From Candidatus Coprosoma intestinipullorum (GTDB lineage Bacteria > Bacillota_I > Bacilli_A > RF39 > UBA660): DNA of 49,713 nucleotides. The notes beneath the pieces are model-generated. The model saw nothing but the letters and a program-made list of their open reading frames with translations, was not told the DNA's origin and did not search any database. Numbering within the stretch: position 1 is the first letter of the stretch; each line of letters starts with the position of its first letter. Shown one piece after another: positions 19,798-29,097 of the stretch. The DNA is taken from contig DVFV01000123.1 in NCBI GenBank assembly GCA_018713045.1, forward strand, positions 1-49,713, in the 5' to 3' direction. The position numbers and the translations under genes are program-made.

Positions 19798-20334
19798 ATG
19801 ACGGTAAAAAATATTAAAGTTGCTGGGGTTTTTATATCCTTTTTAAGCTTTGCCTTGGCCCTACTTTTTTACGATGCTTTTCCGTGCTTCTTAACGAGTA
19901 TTTTCTTTCCAGTAAGTCAAAGTTTATTCGAAAGTTTAAAAGTGATTATAAGTGGTACTTTAATAAGTTTATTAATCCAGTATTTTATTTTAGAGAAAAA
20001 TACGATAAATGTCAAAAATTTAAGTTTAAGTATTTTTACAACTGTTTTTATTGATATTTGCTTGTCTATCATTTTTTATTTACCAATTACTTTAGAATTT
20101 GGTATAAATTTGATTTTTACTTTGGCATTTTTAATTATAATTTCCATTTTTAACCAATTTATTTCCTACTACTTTATATTTATAAAAAACTTTGGATGGC
20201 TTAATTATTTGGCTTTAATCGGGATAATTATAATTTATATTATTTTAGGACTTTTAACATATTATCCATTTTTAAATGATATTTTTTTCGATAAAAACGC
20301 ACATAAATTTGGAATAAACACTTATCTTATTTAA
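19798..20334 (+). CDS. Multi-pass membrane protein (DUF6512-like)
   Basis: About five hydrophobic helices; FFPVSQSLFESLK and TYYPF..DIFFD. Confidence 0.6.
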   Translation: MTVKNIKVAGVFISFLSFALALLFYDAFPCFLTSIFFPVSQSLFESLKVIISGTLISLLIQYFILEKNTINVKNLSLSIFTTVFIDICLSIIFYLPITLEFGINLIFTLAFLIIISIFNQFISYYFIFIKNFGWLNYLALIGIIIIYIILGLLTYYPFLNDIFFDKNAHKFGINTYLI

Positions 20335-20684
20335 TTAAATAAAGCGTTTATTTGTCTTCGGTAATTTAAATTGGTTATGACATTATATATTTCTTCCTGG
20401 GTACAAAGGTGGTAGATAGTCTCGTTTGTTAGATATACTTTGTAACCTGATTTTTTATTTAAACCTATTTTATTTTGAGTTAGTACTTCTTCGATGTAGG
20501 GTTTATCTGTCGCCTCAATTTTAACGGCAATAGTATTTATTTTTAGATTTTTAAAATGTATTTTTTTAAATAATTTAAAAAGAATTTTAGCTTTTAGAGA
20601 AAAAGCTTTATATTTTGATGGCTTTTTAATTTCTAAAAAGCTTACTGGGATTAGAGCGTATTGGAAATTATCCTGCTTCATCAT
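20331..20684 (-). CDS. Hypothetical protein
   Basis: GGAGG RBS; TTGACG-17-TATAAT at 20710-20738. Confidence 0.7.
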   Translation of the reverse strand: MMKQDNFQYALIPVSFLEIKKPSKYKAFSLKAKILFKLFKKIHFKNLKINTIAVKIEATDKPYIEEVLTQNKIGLNKKSGYKVYLTNETIYHLCTQEEIYNVITNLNYRRQINALFN

Positions 20685-20765
20685 CTAGATTCCTCCGTTC
20701 TTGCGGGTTATTATAGACTTCTGTTTTTGTTTCGTCAATTCTTTTTTAAATATTTCACAATAAAT

Positions 20766-20790
20766 TTAAAACCCACCAAAATGGTGGGCA
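20766..20790 (-). terminator. Intrinsic terminator after comEC
   Basis: GCCCACCA-TTT-TGGTGGGT-TTT. Confidence 0.7.
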
Positions 20791-20811
20791 TCTATATAAA
20801 ACGCTAATGCA

Positions 20812-22887
20812 TTAGCGGACGGATGTAATGATGGCTTTGGTCGTTAAGTTTATTTTAACCGAGCCATCATCTTTGGTCACAAAAACTTTACTATCTTTTA
20901 AAGCTTTAAGTGTCTCTTTATGAGGGTGGGAATAAATATTATTTTGACCAGCCGAAATTAAACTGATTTGGGGTTTTATTTGATTTATAAATTTTGAGCT
21001 TGTACTGGTGCGGGAACCATGATGACCTACTTTTAGTATATTCATCTTTGGTAAATTATATGTACGAAGGAGATGGCTTTCGACGTTTTGGGAGGCGTCT
21101 CCCATTAATAATATATTCTCCCCCTCTAAGTTTGCATATATTATTAAACTAGAATCGTTAATGTCTTTGGCTTGATTACCCTCTAGAAAGGTAAATTTAT
21201 TTTGAGAAATAGTTAAGACTTTAGTATTTATTTGTGAAAATTTGATTGTTTTTCTTTTTGCAAGATTTTTGATATTTTCTATTAGTTCATTTGAATAAGT
21301 ATTGGTTATGATATTTTTGACTTTAAAATTATTTATAAGATTTTCGGCCATTCCAGCGTGGTCGAAGTCACCGTGTGTAATGATAAGATAATCGAGCTTT
21401 GGTATTCCTTCTGATTTTAAATATGGAATTGTGATGTTTGAGGCAAGATCATATGGTTTTTGGCCATCATAATTTAACTGACCACCGGTATCGATTAAAA
21501 TGTTTCCCCTATTATGTTTTAGTTTGATTAAAATACTGTCACCTTGACCGACGTCGATCATCGTCAAGGTTGTATAAGGGTTTAGATAACTTAGGCTATG
21601 GTGGAATAATAGTGTGGGGATTATTAAAAGTGTATATAGTGGTTTTCCTTTATCCCATTTAATTAAAATATAGGTTATTAATATATAATATAAAATATAA
21701 AAGAAAATTGGAAGTGAACATAGAACTATGTTAAAATTATTTATTTTGGAGAAGAATAAGGATGATTTTTCCATTATTTTAATTAGATAAAATAAGGTGT
21801 TATCGAGGGGTTTTAAAAACAAGGTAAGAAGAGATAGTGGATAGATTATTAGAGATACAAACGGAGTAAATAAACAGTTTATAACTGGCGATAGAATGTT
21901 TATTTCGAAGAAGTTTTTGATTAATAAAGGCGTACTTGCCAGAAAAGCAATAATATTTATAGTAAATAATTCTTTTAGAAAACTTTGGGATTTAGATATT
22001 AATTTGGAAAAGATGATTAGATAAAATGAGATGATAAACGAGAGAAGAAAACCTAGGTTATAAAGATAATACGGGTTTACGAAGAGAAAGAGACTAAAGA
22101 GTAATATCAGTAAGTAGATGGTTTTAATTTTTAAATTTAACTGTTTATTGATGGTTAAGATAATAAAAAGACAAATAGCTCTTAATATTGAGGGAACAAG
22201 GCCGGTTAAAAAGAGAAAGAATATTAAAAATAGAAAAACAATTAAATAAGATATAGTTTTATTTTTTATAAAGAAATTGACAATTTTTAGGATAATTGCC
22301 GATATTAAAGTGATGTTCATACCGGATATGGCAAGCAAATGAGTAATTCCGTTTTTTTGATAGCTGTTTTTAGTTGTTTCATCTAGATAATCGTCGTTTC
22401 CGAGGATAAAGGCGTGAAGGTGCGAGCTTGATTTAAAGGTGTTTATATGGGATATTATTTTATTTTTGATTTGATATGGTAAAGATATTTTTTTATTTAA
22501 AATGGTTATTTTATCCGCACTAAAAGTATATTTGATATTTAAACTTAAAAGGTATTTTCGATAGTTAAAAAGATTCCAGGTAGTATTTTCTTTTGGAATC
22601 TTAAATTCGCCTTGGGCTTTGATTTTCTGACCTAATTTAAACTCTTTTTCCTCTGAATAGTTAATGATTAAGGGTTCAGTGCCAGTTATTTGGATCTTAG
22701 TATACCCATCTTTTATTTGATAAGAGGTTATTGTGCCGCTTACAATATTTGCATTTTTATCGTATTTACTTGAGGGGTATGTTTGAATTTTAATTACTGA
22801 ATAAATTAGGCTTAAAACTAGAAGGGATAGACACAAGATGTTAAACGGTGATGTTTTCTTTAATTTTTTCAAATGTGCTATCCCCAA
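20812..22887 (-). CDS. comEC: DNA uptake channel ComEC/Rec2 with metallo-beta-lactamase domain
   Basis: GITHLLAISG, IDVGQGDS, THGDFDHAG and KVGHHGS; true start uncertain, probably just after the comEA stop. Confidence 0.93.
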   Translation of the reverse strand: MGIAHLKKLKKTSPFNILCLSLLVLSLIYSVIKIQTYPSSKYDKNANIVSGTITSYQIKDGYTKIQITGTEPLIINYSEEKEFKLGQKIKAQGEFKIPKENTTWNLFNYRKYLLSLNIKYTFSADKITILNKKISLPYQIKNKIISHINTFKSSSHLHAFILGNDDYLDETTKNSYQKNGITHLLAISGMNITLISAIILKIVNFFIKNKTISYLIVFLFLIFFLFLTGLVPSILRAICLFIILTINKQLNLKIKTIYLLILLFSLFLFVNPYYLYNLGFLLSFIISFYLIIFSKLISKSQSFLKELFTINIIAFLASTPLLIKNFFEINILSPVINCLFTPFVSLIIYPLSLLTLFLKPLDNTLFYLIKIMEKSSLFFSKINNFNIVLCSLPIFFYILYYILITYILIKWDKGKPLYTLLIIPTLLFHHSLSYLNPYTTLTMIDVGQGDSILIKLKHNRGNILIDTGGQLNYDGQKPYDLASNITIPYLKSEGIPKLDYLIITHGDFDHAGMAENLINNFKVKNIITNTYSNELIENIKNLAKRKTIKFSQINTKVLTISQNKFTFLEGNQAKDINDSSLIIYANLEGENILLMGDASQNVESHLLRTYNLPKMNILKVGHHGSRTSTSSKFINQIKPQISLISAGQNNIYSHPHKETLKALKDSKVFVTKDDGSVKINLTTKAIITSVR

Positions 22888-23518
22888 TGCCTGAGACGTT
22901 TTTTAAATCTTCAATTGTTTCGAATTTACCGTTTTGGGTGCGATAATCAACGATGGCCTGAGCTTTGGTCTCCCCTATTCCACTTAATGCTTGAAGTTCT
23001 TCGGTAGTCGCAGTATTGATGTTTATTTTGCCTGTCGTTTGGGTGCTTTCGGTTTCTATTTCTTCATCTTTTAATTCTGCGGTTTTATCTTCTTCGGTTA
23101 TACAGGCGTTGTTACATGGTGGACATATGACTTCTTCGGCTTCTTTCATTTCTTTGATTTCGCTCGAACTATAAACGATGATAACCATTTCATCGGATAG
23201 TTTTTTGCTTAGGTTGATGTTACTGGTATCACTTTGTTTGGTAAGGCCGCCTGCCATATTTATGGCATCCATAACGGTATTAGTGGATAAAAGTTCATAG
23301 ACACCAGGGGTAGTTACTTCGCCTTTAACATCGACGATTACTTTTTCTTCTTTTATTTTTTCAGTTGTTTTTTTGGTCTCTTCCTTTTTAGTTACGGTTT
23401 CGTTTGAGGCCATTTCTTTTTCATCTTCGATAGTAACTACGGAGGAAACTGAGTAGAATGCGAAACAAATAAAGATTAAAACAAATATTTTGGTTTTATG
23501 TTTTTTTAAAAAACTCAT
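22841..23518 (-). CDS. comEA: Competence DNA receptor ComEA
   Basis: N-terminal TM, SLBB (VDVKGEV..PGVY) and HhH (KININTAT..GIGETKA..GIG). Confidence 0.93.
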   Translation of the reverse strand: MSFLKKHKTKIFVLIFICFAFYSVSSVVTIEDEKEMASNETVTKKEETKKTTEKIKEEKVIVDVKGEVTTPGVYELLSTNTVMDAINMAGGLTKQSDTSNINLSKKLSDEMVIIVYSSSEIKEMKEAEEVICPPCNNACITEEDKTAELKDEEIETESTQTTGKININTATTEELQALSGIGETKAQAIVDYRTQNGKFETIEDLKNVSGIGDSTFEKIKENITV

Positions 23519-23543
23519 AATTTTCACCTGCCTTCATAGATAT

Positions 23544-23573
23544 ATATAGTATATCGAAGGCTGATTTCCTTTT
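23544..23573 (-). promoter_or_regulatory. Putative sigmaH-like promoter of comEA-comEC
   Basis: AAAAGGAAAT-14 nt-CTATAT. Confidence 0.4.
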
Positions 23574-23596
23574 AAAAAGATAAAAAAAACAAACTT

Positions 23597-24781
23597 TTAA
23601 GCAGTTTGTTTAATTTTTATTTTTTCTTTTTGGTTTTTTGATTCAACACAAACACGCTGAACGATAGCAAGGGCGGCGATTAGGGACATAACGAAGCTAC
23701 CACCATAACTTAAGAATGGAAGTGGTACTCCGGTTAGAGGGATTAAGCCAAGCATTCCACCTAAGTTTACAAAGATGTGCACGAAGATGTAGGAGGCTAT
23801 GCCTAAACACATATAGCGTCCACGTAGGGTGTTTGATTTAGAACTGATAACGAGGATTCGCCATAGAACGATTATATAACCGATAAAAATAAATACACAG
23901 CGATATATTCCGTATTCTTCGGCGATGATGGCAAATGCTGAATCGGTATGAGGCTCTGGAATGTATGAGTATTTTTGTTTACTTTTACCAATTCCAAGAC
24001 CAAATAAGCCACCATTATTTATGGCAATATAACTGTTACAAACTTGATATCCTCCGTTTTCGTAGTTGCCACATGGATCTAAATAGCTTTTAAAACGACT
24101 GATTCTCTGATCGTTTAAAATGTATCCTTGAACATTATAAATGATGAGACCGGCAAGAGCAATAATGCCGATTAATAGTAAAAATGATTTTAATTTGTCA
24201 ATTTTCAAGATTGGACTTGCGAGTAACATCATACCAACAATAAACAAAGTGATAAGTAAAGTTCCGAAGTCTTTTTGCAGGAAGATGAGAACGGGAATTA
24301 TCATTGATACGAAGAGGATGATTCCAATGGCGTTATATCTTTTACTGTCTAAAGTTCTTAATTTTCGGTAATATTTTTCAAACATCATAGCCATTAGGAC
24401 GATGATTATCGGTTTTGAAAATTCACTCGGCTGGAGTTTGATAAAACCTAAATCAATCCAGTTTTTGGAACCACTGAGTTCTTCTCCGGTTAGGGCAACT
24501 AGGTTTAAGATGATAACGACGACGAAGAGCGCGGGAATGATTATTTTATAGGATTTGGTATCTATTTTTATTATTATTAGGCTCATAATAAGACCGATTA
24601 TGATAAAAAGAAGCTGTCTATAAAAATAATAGTAAATTGATACGTCATAATTGACTACAGCGGCTCTTGAGGAGGCTGTAACAATGTTTAACAGTCCAAA
24701 GATAAATAAAGCCATACTAACAAAGAGAAGTGGCTTATCTAAATCGTGAAATATTTTTCGTAATGATCTTTTATCCTGCAT
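23597..24781 (-). CDS. ftsW: SEDS-family peptidoglycan polymerase (FtsW/RodA/SpoVE)
   Basis: LQPSEFSK, QKDFG, YIPEPHTD, AEEYG and PLTGVPLPFLSYGGS. Confidence 0.88.
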   Translation of the reverse strand: MQDKRSLRKIFHDLDKPLLFVSMALFIFGLLNIVTASSRAAVVNYDVSIYYYFYRQLLFIIIGLIMSLIIIKIDTKSYKIIIPALFVVVIILNLVALTGEELSGSKNWIDLGFIKLQPSEFSKPIIIVLMAMMFEKYYRKLRTLDSKRYNAIGIILFVSMIIPVLIFLQKDFGTLLITLFIVGMMLLASPILKIDKLKSFLLLIGIIALAGLIIYNVQGYILNDQRISRFKSYLDPCGNYENGGYQVCNSYIAINNGGLFGLGIGKSKQKYSYIPEPHTDSAFAIIAEEYGIYRCVFIFIGYIIVLWRILVISSKSNTLRGRYMCLGIASYIFVHIFVNLGGMLGLIPLTGVPLPFLSYGGSFVMSLIAALAIVQRVCVESKNQKEKIKIKQTA

Positions 24782-24861
24782 TTCCCTACTCCTATCTTAT
24801 ATAATGATAGCATATTCTCAGATTTTTTGAAAGATAAAAAATAAAATTAGGTGTTTCTAAT

Positions 24862-24888
24862 ATACGTTATTTGATATAAACATACACT
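24862..24888 (+). promoter_or_regulatory. SigmaE-type mother-cell promoter
   Basis: ATA-16 nt-CATACACT, matching the B. subtilis sigmaE consensus ATa-N16-18-CATAcanT. Confidence 0.55.
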
Positions 24889-24914
24889 ATATTAGAAAAG
24901 ATAGGAGGTATTAT

Positions 24915-25079
24915 ATGTATTACTATGGTGGTTATCAAGGCTATGGTTGTGGCAATCCTTGTGGTGGTTACGGCTATGGCGGCGGATATGGAACAGGATA
25001 TGGAGCAGCGATTGTTTTAGTACTTTTCATTTTACTTGTAATAATTATAGGCGCAAGAGCTTACGGTAATAATCGATAA
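24915..25079 (+). CDS. YjcZ/SscA-family small sporulation protein (54 aa)
   Basis: Below the ORF-track cutoff. AGGAGG RBS; MYYYGGYQGYGCGNPCGGYGYGGGYGTGYGAAIVLVLFILLVIIIGARAYGNNR; terminator directly after. Confidence 0.88.
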   Translation: MYYYGGYQGYGCGNPCGGYGYGGGYGTGYGAAIVLVLFILLVIIIGARAYGNNR

Positions 25080-25107
25080 AAAGAGGTTTCTCTAGAAACT
25101 TCTTTTA
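25079..25107 (+). terminator. Intrinsic terminator after the yjcZ-like gene
   Basis: AAGAGGTTTC-TCTA-GAAACTTCTT-TT. Confidence 0.7.
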
Positions 25108-25204
25108 TTATGTTTTTTTATTTTTTTTATGTTTGTCATTTTTTCACATTCGCTTAAATATATATTTATATTGTTTTTATAAAAAAATGACTTTAACGGT
25201 CATT

Positions 25205-26287
25205 TTAATTGAATTTATTTTCTTGTTCTTTGATCCAACTATCATTTTCGAAGTAATTTATTCCCATGGCGGCTTTGACTTCTTTGGTTGTTTCAATAGC
25301 TTTTTGTCTTGCCTTTTCAGTTCCATCTTTTAGTATTTGATAAACTTCTTTAATATGATTTTCCCAATATTTTCTTCTTTCTCTTATCGGTTTTAAGGTT
25401 TCTTCCATAACGTTATTTAGGAATTTTTTAACTTTCATATCCCCTATTCCACCTTTTTCGTAGGCTTTTTTAAGTTCATCTAGGTTTTGGAATTCTGGCC
25501 AATATTTAGCAAAGTGAGATGCGTTTGAAAAAGCTTCGAGATAGATAAATACTGGGTTGTTTTCAGTATGTCCAGGGTCTTCAATTTTTAAATGAGTAGG
25601 ATCTGTGTACATGCTCATGATTTTCTTTTTGACTTCTTCTTCTGAGTCTGATAAGTATATACAGTTGCCTAATGATTTACTCATTTTGGCATTACCATCT
25701 AGTCCTGGTAATCTTGAACAAAGTTTATTTTTAGGAAGCAAGATTTCTGGCTCAACTAAGGTTTTACCATAGATATTGTTAAAGCTTCTGACAATTTCTT
25801 TGGTTTGTTCAAGCATTGGAAGTTGGTCTTCACCAACGGGAACTAGGGTTGCTTTAAAGGCAGTTATATCAGCAGCCTGTGATACTGGATAAGCTAGGAA
25901 GCCTGCCGGGATCGATGTTTTAAAACCTCTTAATTTGATTTCATCTTTAATGGTTGGGTTGCGCTCGAGCCTTGAGACGGTTACAAGGTTTAAATAGTAA
26001 AAAGTAAGTTCACACAGTTCAGGAACTGCTGATTGAATAAAGATAGACGTTTTTTTAGGGTCAATGCCACAAGCAAGATAATCTAAAACAACTTCGATAA
26101 CGTTTTGTCTTATTTTTTCTGGATTATCAGCGTTATCAGTTAGAGCTTGGGCGTCAGCTATTTCGATGTATATTTCGTCAAAGTTTCCAGAATCTTGAAG
26201 TTCTACGCGGTTTTTAAGTGATCCGGCGTAGTGACCGATGTGAAGTTTTCCGGTTGGACGGTCTCCAGTTAATATTATTTTTTGCAT
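25205..26287 (-). CDS. trpS: Tryptophan--tRNA ligase
   Basis: [20 protein letters not shown] and KMSKS. Confidence 0.97.
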   Translation of the reverse strand: MQKIILTGDRPTGKLHIGHYAGSLKNRVELQDSGNFDEIYIEIADAQALTDNADNPEKIRQNVIEVVLDYLACGIDPKKTSIFIQSAVPELCELTFYYLNLVTVSRLERNPTIKDEIKLRGFKTSIPAGFLAYPVSQAADITAFKATLVPVGEDQLPMLEQTKEIVRSFNNIYGKTLVEPEILLPKNKLCSRLPGLDGNAKMSKSLGNCIYLSDSEEEVKKKIMSMYTDPTHLKIEDPGHTENNPVFIYLEAFSNASHFAKYWPEFQNLDELKKAYEKGGIGDMKVKKFLNNVMEETLKPIRERRKYWENHIKEVYQILKDGTEKARQKAIETTKEVKAAMGINYFENDSWIKEQENKFN

Positions 26288-26886
26288 TATATCATTCCTT
26301 TTCTTCTTTTTTGTAATTTTTTTTGACCTTTTAAGGTAAAATCTATTTCTTTTGGTTCGATATTATCTACTTTGTATGTGTTGTGGTACAAAGGAAGTCC
26401 TTGCCATTTGTTTTGAGATAATATTTCTCTTTCAAGTAATTTTCCGTTTTGCCATAGTTCGCTGACGATGTAACTAGCCGTGCTTTGGAAATCGATGATG
26501 ATGTAGTTACCGATGTTTATAAATTTGCCAATACCATCACTTATTATTATTTTTTCGCAGGTCGCATTCCAAGCTTTTCTTTTAAAGACAAATCCATATT
26601 TGTTTTGAAGTGATTGATAGTTTTTGACAGTTATTTTCGGATTTTTTATTTTTTCTTGCATTTCTCTTTTTATTTCGTTTTCGTTTTTTTCAAGGGCAAC
26701 AGCATAAATTTTTACGCATTTTTCATTATCTGGAATTAGTGGGATATTGTCTTTGACCCATGAAATTAATCTCGTATCATCTTCTTTAGGATTTGAATAT
26801 TTGAAATTTTCAATGAGATAATTTTGGATAATTGGTTCATCCCATAATAAATTATAAATGTATGATATTTTACTGCATAGTTTCAT
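26287..26886 (-). CDS. Hypothetical protein
   Basis: 199-aa ORF tightly coupled to both neighbours; no family recognised. Confidence 0.7.
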   Translation of the reverse strand: MKLCSKISYIYNLLWDEPIIQNYLIENFKYSNPKEDDTRLISWVKDNIPLIPDNEKCVKIYAVALEKNENEIKREMQEKIKNPKITVKNYQSLQNKYGFVFKRKAWNATCEKIIISDGIGKFINIGNYIIIDFQSTASYIVSELWQNGKLLEREILSQNKWQGLPLYHNTYKVDNIEPKEIDFTLKGQKKLQKRRKGMI

Positions 26887-26887
26887 A

Positions 26888-27394
26888 TTATAGTTTGACC
26901 TCTCTATTCATTTCGTAAAAGTAATTTTCGAAGTAATCAAATGACGATTTAACTCCTGTACCGTTTTTAATCATTTCTTTAAATTCGCTTTGGGTTACGT
27001 ATTTGACGTCATTAACTTCTTTAGGGTCTAGTGTTAGTTCTTTTAGATTGATGTTTTTTTCAAGAAGGTATACTTCGGCATAATCAATCAATCTTTTATA
27101 TGTGGCAATATATTTAAGCTCATATTTGGAAATACTTAGTCCAAGTTCTTCTTTGATTTCTCTAATGGCTGCGGCAATTGGGGTTTCTCCAGCTTCAACG
27201 GCCCCGCCAGTATTGGCCCACATATTTGGAAATTTATGGGATGAGCTGACTCTTTGCTGAAGAAGGAGATTTCCTTTTTTATCTATAATCCAGACATGAA
27301 CAGAAACCCTAAAGTAACCTTTAGGGACGCTGTGTTTATCTGATACTAAACCGGTTGGTTCGTGTCTATCGTTATATAAATCAACTAATTCCAT
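26888..27394 (-). CDS. NUDIX hydrolase (Idi-like)
   Basis: Nudix box GGAVEAGETPIAAAIREIKEELG; LLQQR..FPNMW. Confidence 0.9.
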   Translation of the reverse strand: MELVDLYNDRHEPTGLVSDKHSVPKGYFRVSVHVWIIDKKGNLLLQQRVSSSHKFPNMWANTGGAVEAGETPIAAAIREIKEELGLSISKYELKYIATYKRLIDYAEVYLLEKNINLKELTLDPKEVNDVKYVTQSEFKEMIKNGTGVKSSFDYFENYFYEMNREVKL

Positions 27395-27440
27395 GAAAAT
27401 CACCTGTTTTCATTATAACAGATAAATTTTAATTAGTAAA

Positions 27441-28364
27441 TTAAATTGCGATTAAAGTTATTTCGGTTGGGTATATTGGACCGCCATGATATCTTAGATA
27501 AAACTTATAAGTATTATCCATTTCTTTGATCATTTTAGGTATTTGCCAGATATCTTCATTACTGTGATAGATCGATATCAGTAGTTTAGGATGGGAGGCC
27601 TTAATATGATTTTGGGCACCTTTTAGGGCTTTTTGCTCCATGCCTTCGATATCACTTTTGATGATCGTTATTTTTTCTTTTATTTCGTCATCTAGGGTGG
27701 TTATTTGAACTTTAGTCTCCCCTTCTTTGGATAAGGTATTGGCGGAGATACCAGATTCGTTTATTTTTAAATATTCTTCACCTTTTTTATCACTCACACC
27801 TTTTTCGATGATTTCAAGGTTTGGAATCGAAGAAGTATTGGCTTTTAGATATTCGATTGTTTCAGGGCTTATTTCAAAGCAGTATATTTTTTTATAGTTG
27901 TCTCCATAATTTTGAGTAAATGATATGGCGGTGTCGCCTATATAGGCACCTAGGTCCACTAATACTTCTTCTTTGTTTGGCTTGATTAGGTCTAGATCGA
28001 AATAGTCGTCATAGGTATTTTCAATTACTTTAGAGAGGGTTTTAAAGTCGTAGTTATACCAATTATTGATGGTGGCAAGCAAGACTAGTTTTGAACGATA
28101 GTCTTCTAGTGATTCATACAATTTTTGGTATTCTTTGTAGTTTTCTTTTAAGGCTTTGGCCTTTTTTTCGATTTCTTCGAAGTTGTCCTCCTCTTCTTTT
28201 AAAAGGCCCCAATAGTTAAAGTCGTTTAGAAATTTTTCGATTCCTTTTTTAGTTTCGGGGTTTAGGTTTACGTAAAGATTTTTGATATGATTGAAGATTT
28301 CTTGGGTACTTGAGGTTTTGAAATGTTCTATTAAATCGTAAAAGTTTTTATCGATATAATTCAT
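27441..28364 (-). CDS. FkbM-family SAM-dependent methyltransferase
   Basis: VDLGAYIGD, CFEI, TTLDD, IKSDIEG and PKLLISIYH. Confidence 0.88.
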   Translation of the reverse strand: MNYIDKNFYDLIEHFKTSSTQEIFNHIKNLYVNLNPETKKGIEKFLNDFNYWGLLKEEEDNFEEIEKKAKALKENYKEYQKLYESLEDYRSKLVLLATINNWYNYDFKTLSKVIENTYDDYFDLDLIKPNKEEVLVDLGAYIGDTAISFTQNYGDNYKKIYCFEISPETIEYLKANTSSIPNLEIIEKGVSDKKGEEYLKINESGISANTLSKEGETKVQITTLDDEIKEKITIIKSDIEGMEQKALKGAQNHIKASHPKLLISIYHSNEDIWQIPKMIKEMDNTYKFYLRYHGGPIYPTEITLIAI

Positions 28365-28419
28365 TTTTTTCTCCTTTCTATATAAGGATATTAAACTTTT
28401 ATTTATTTATGATTTTGGT

Positions 28420-28448
28420 TTGACAATATACCAGCAAAATTATATAAT
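28420..28448 (+). promoter_or_regulatory. SigmaA consensus promoter upstream of def
   Basis: TTGACA-17 nt-TATAAT. Confidence 0.7.
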
Positions 28449-28539
28449 ACGAAGAGTTTATGGATGTGTGTAAAGTAGATGAAATCCATTAATAGTTTTA
28501 AAGAAAAATATGATAAAATAGATATATGGAGATGATATT

Positions 28540-29088
28540 ATGTTTAAACCACTAAAAATGGTTGATGAGAAACAAAAAATTATTCGAACAACGTGCAAAG
28601 AGGTAAAATTTCCACTTTCAAAGGAGTATAAAGATTTAATCGATAAATCAATTAAGCATTTAACTTACAGTCAAATTGAAGAATATGCAAATAAGTATGA
28701 TATTAGGCCAGGAACGGCTTTAGCTTTTCCACAAATTGGAATCAATGCCAGAATAATCATCATCGTTTACGAATATGAGAAAGGTAAGTTTAAAAATTAT
28801 GTGATGGTTAATCCAAAGATAATTAGCCATTCTGAGGAAATGGTTGCTTTAGAAGAGGGGGAAGGATGTCTTAGTGTAAATAGAGATGTCGAAGGTCATG
28901 TTCCAAGGTATGCGAGAATTACGGTTACTGGTTATGACGAGGATGGAAACAAAATGACAATTAGAGCTAGAGAGTATTTGGCAATTATTTTCCAACATGA
29001 GATTGATCACCTTAACGGAATGCTTTTTTACGATCATATAAATAAAAAAAGACCTTTCTATACAGATAGTGAGATGCGTTTGATTTAG
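28540..29088 (+). CDS. def: Peptide deformylase
   Basis: EGCLS and QHEIDHLNG; motif 1 variant GTALAFPQIG. Confidence 0.93.
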   Translation: MFKPLKMVDEKQKIIRTTCKEVKFPLSKEYKDLIDKSIKHLTYSQIEEYANKYDIRPGTALAFPQIGINARIIIIVYEYEKGKFKNYVMVNPKIISHSEEMVALEEGEGCLSVNRDVEGHVPRYARITVTGYDEDGNKMTIRAREYLAIIFQHEIDHLNGMLFYDHINKKRPFYTDSEMRLI

Positions 29089-29097
29089 AGGTGCTTT

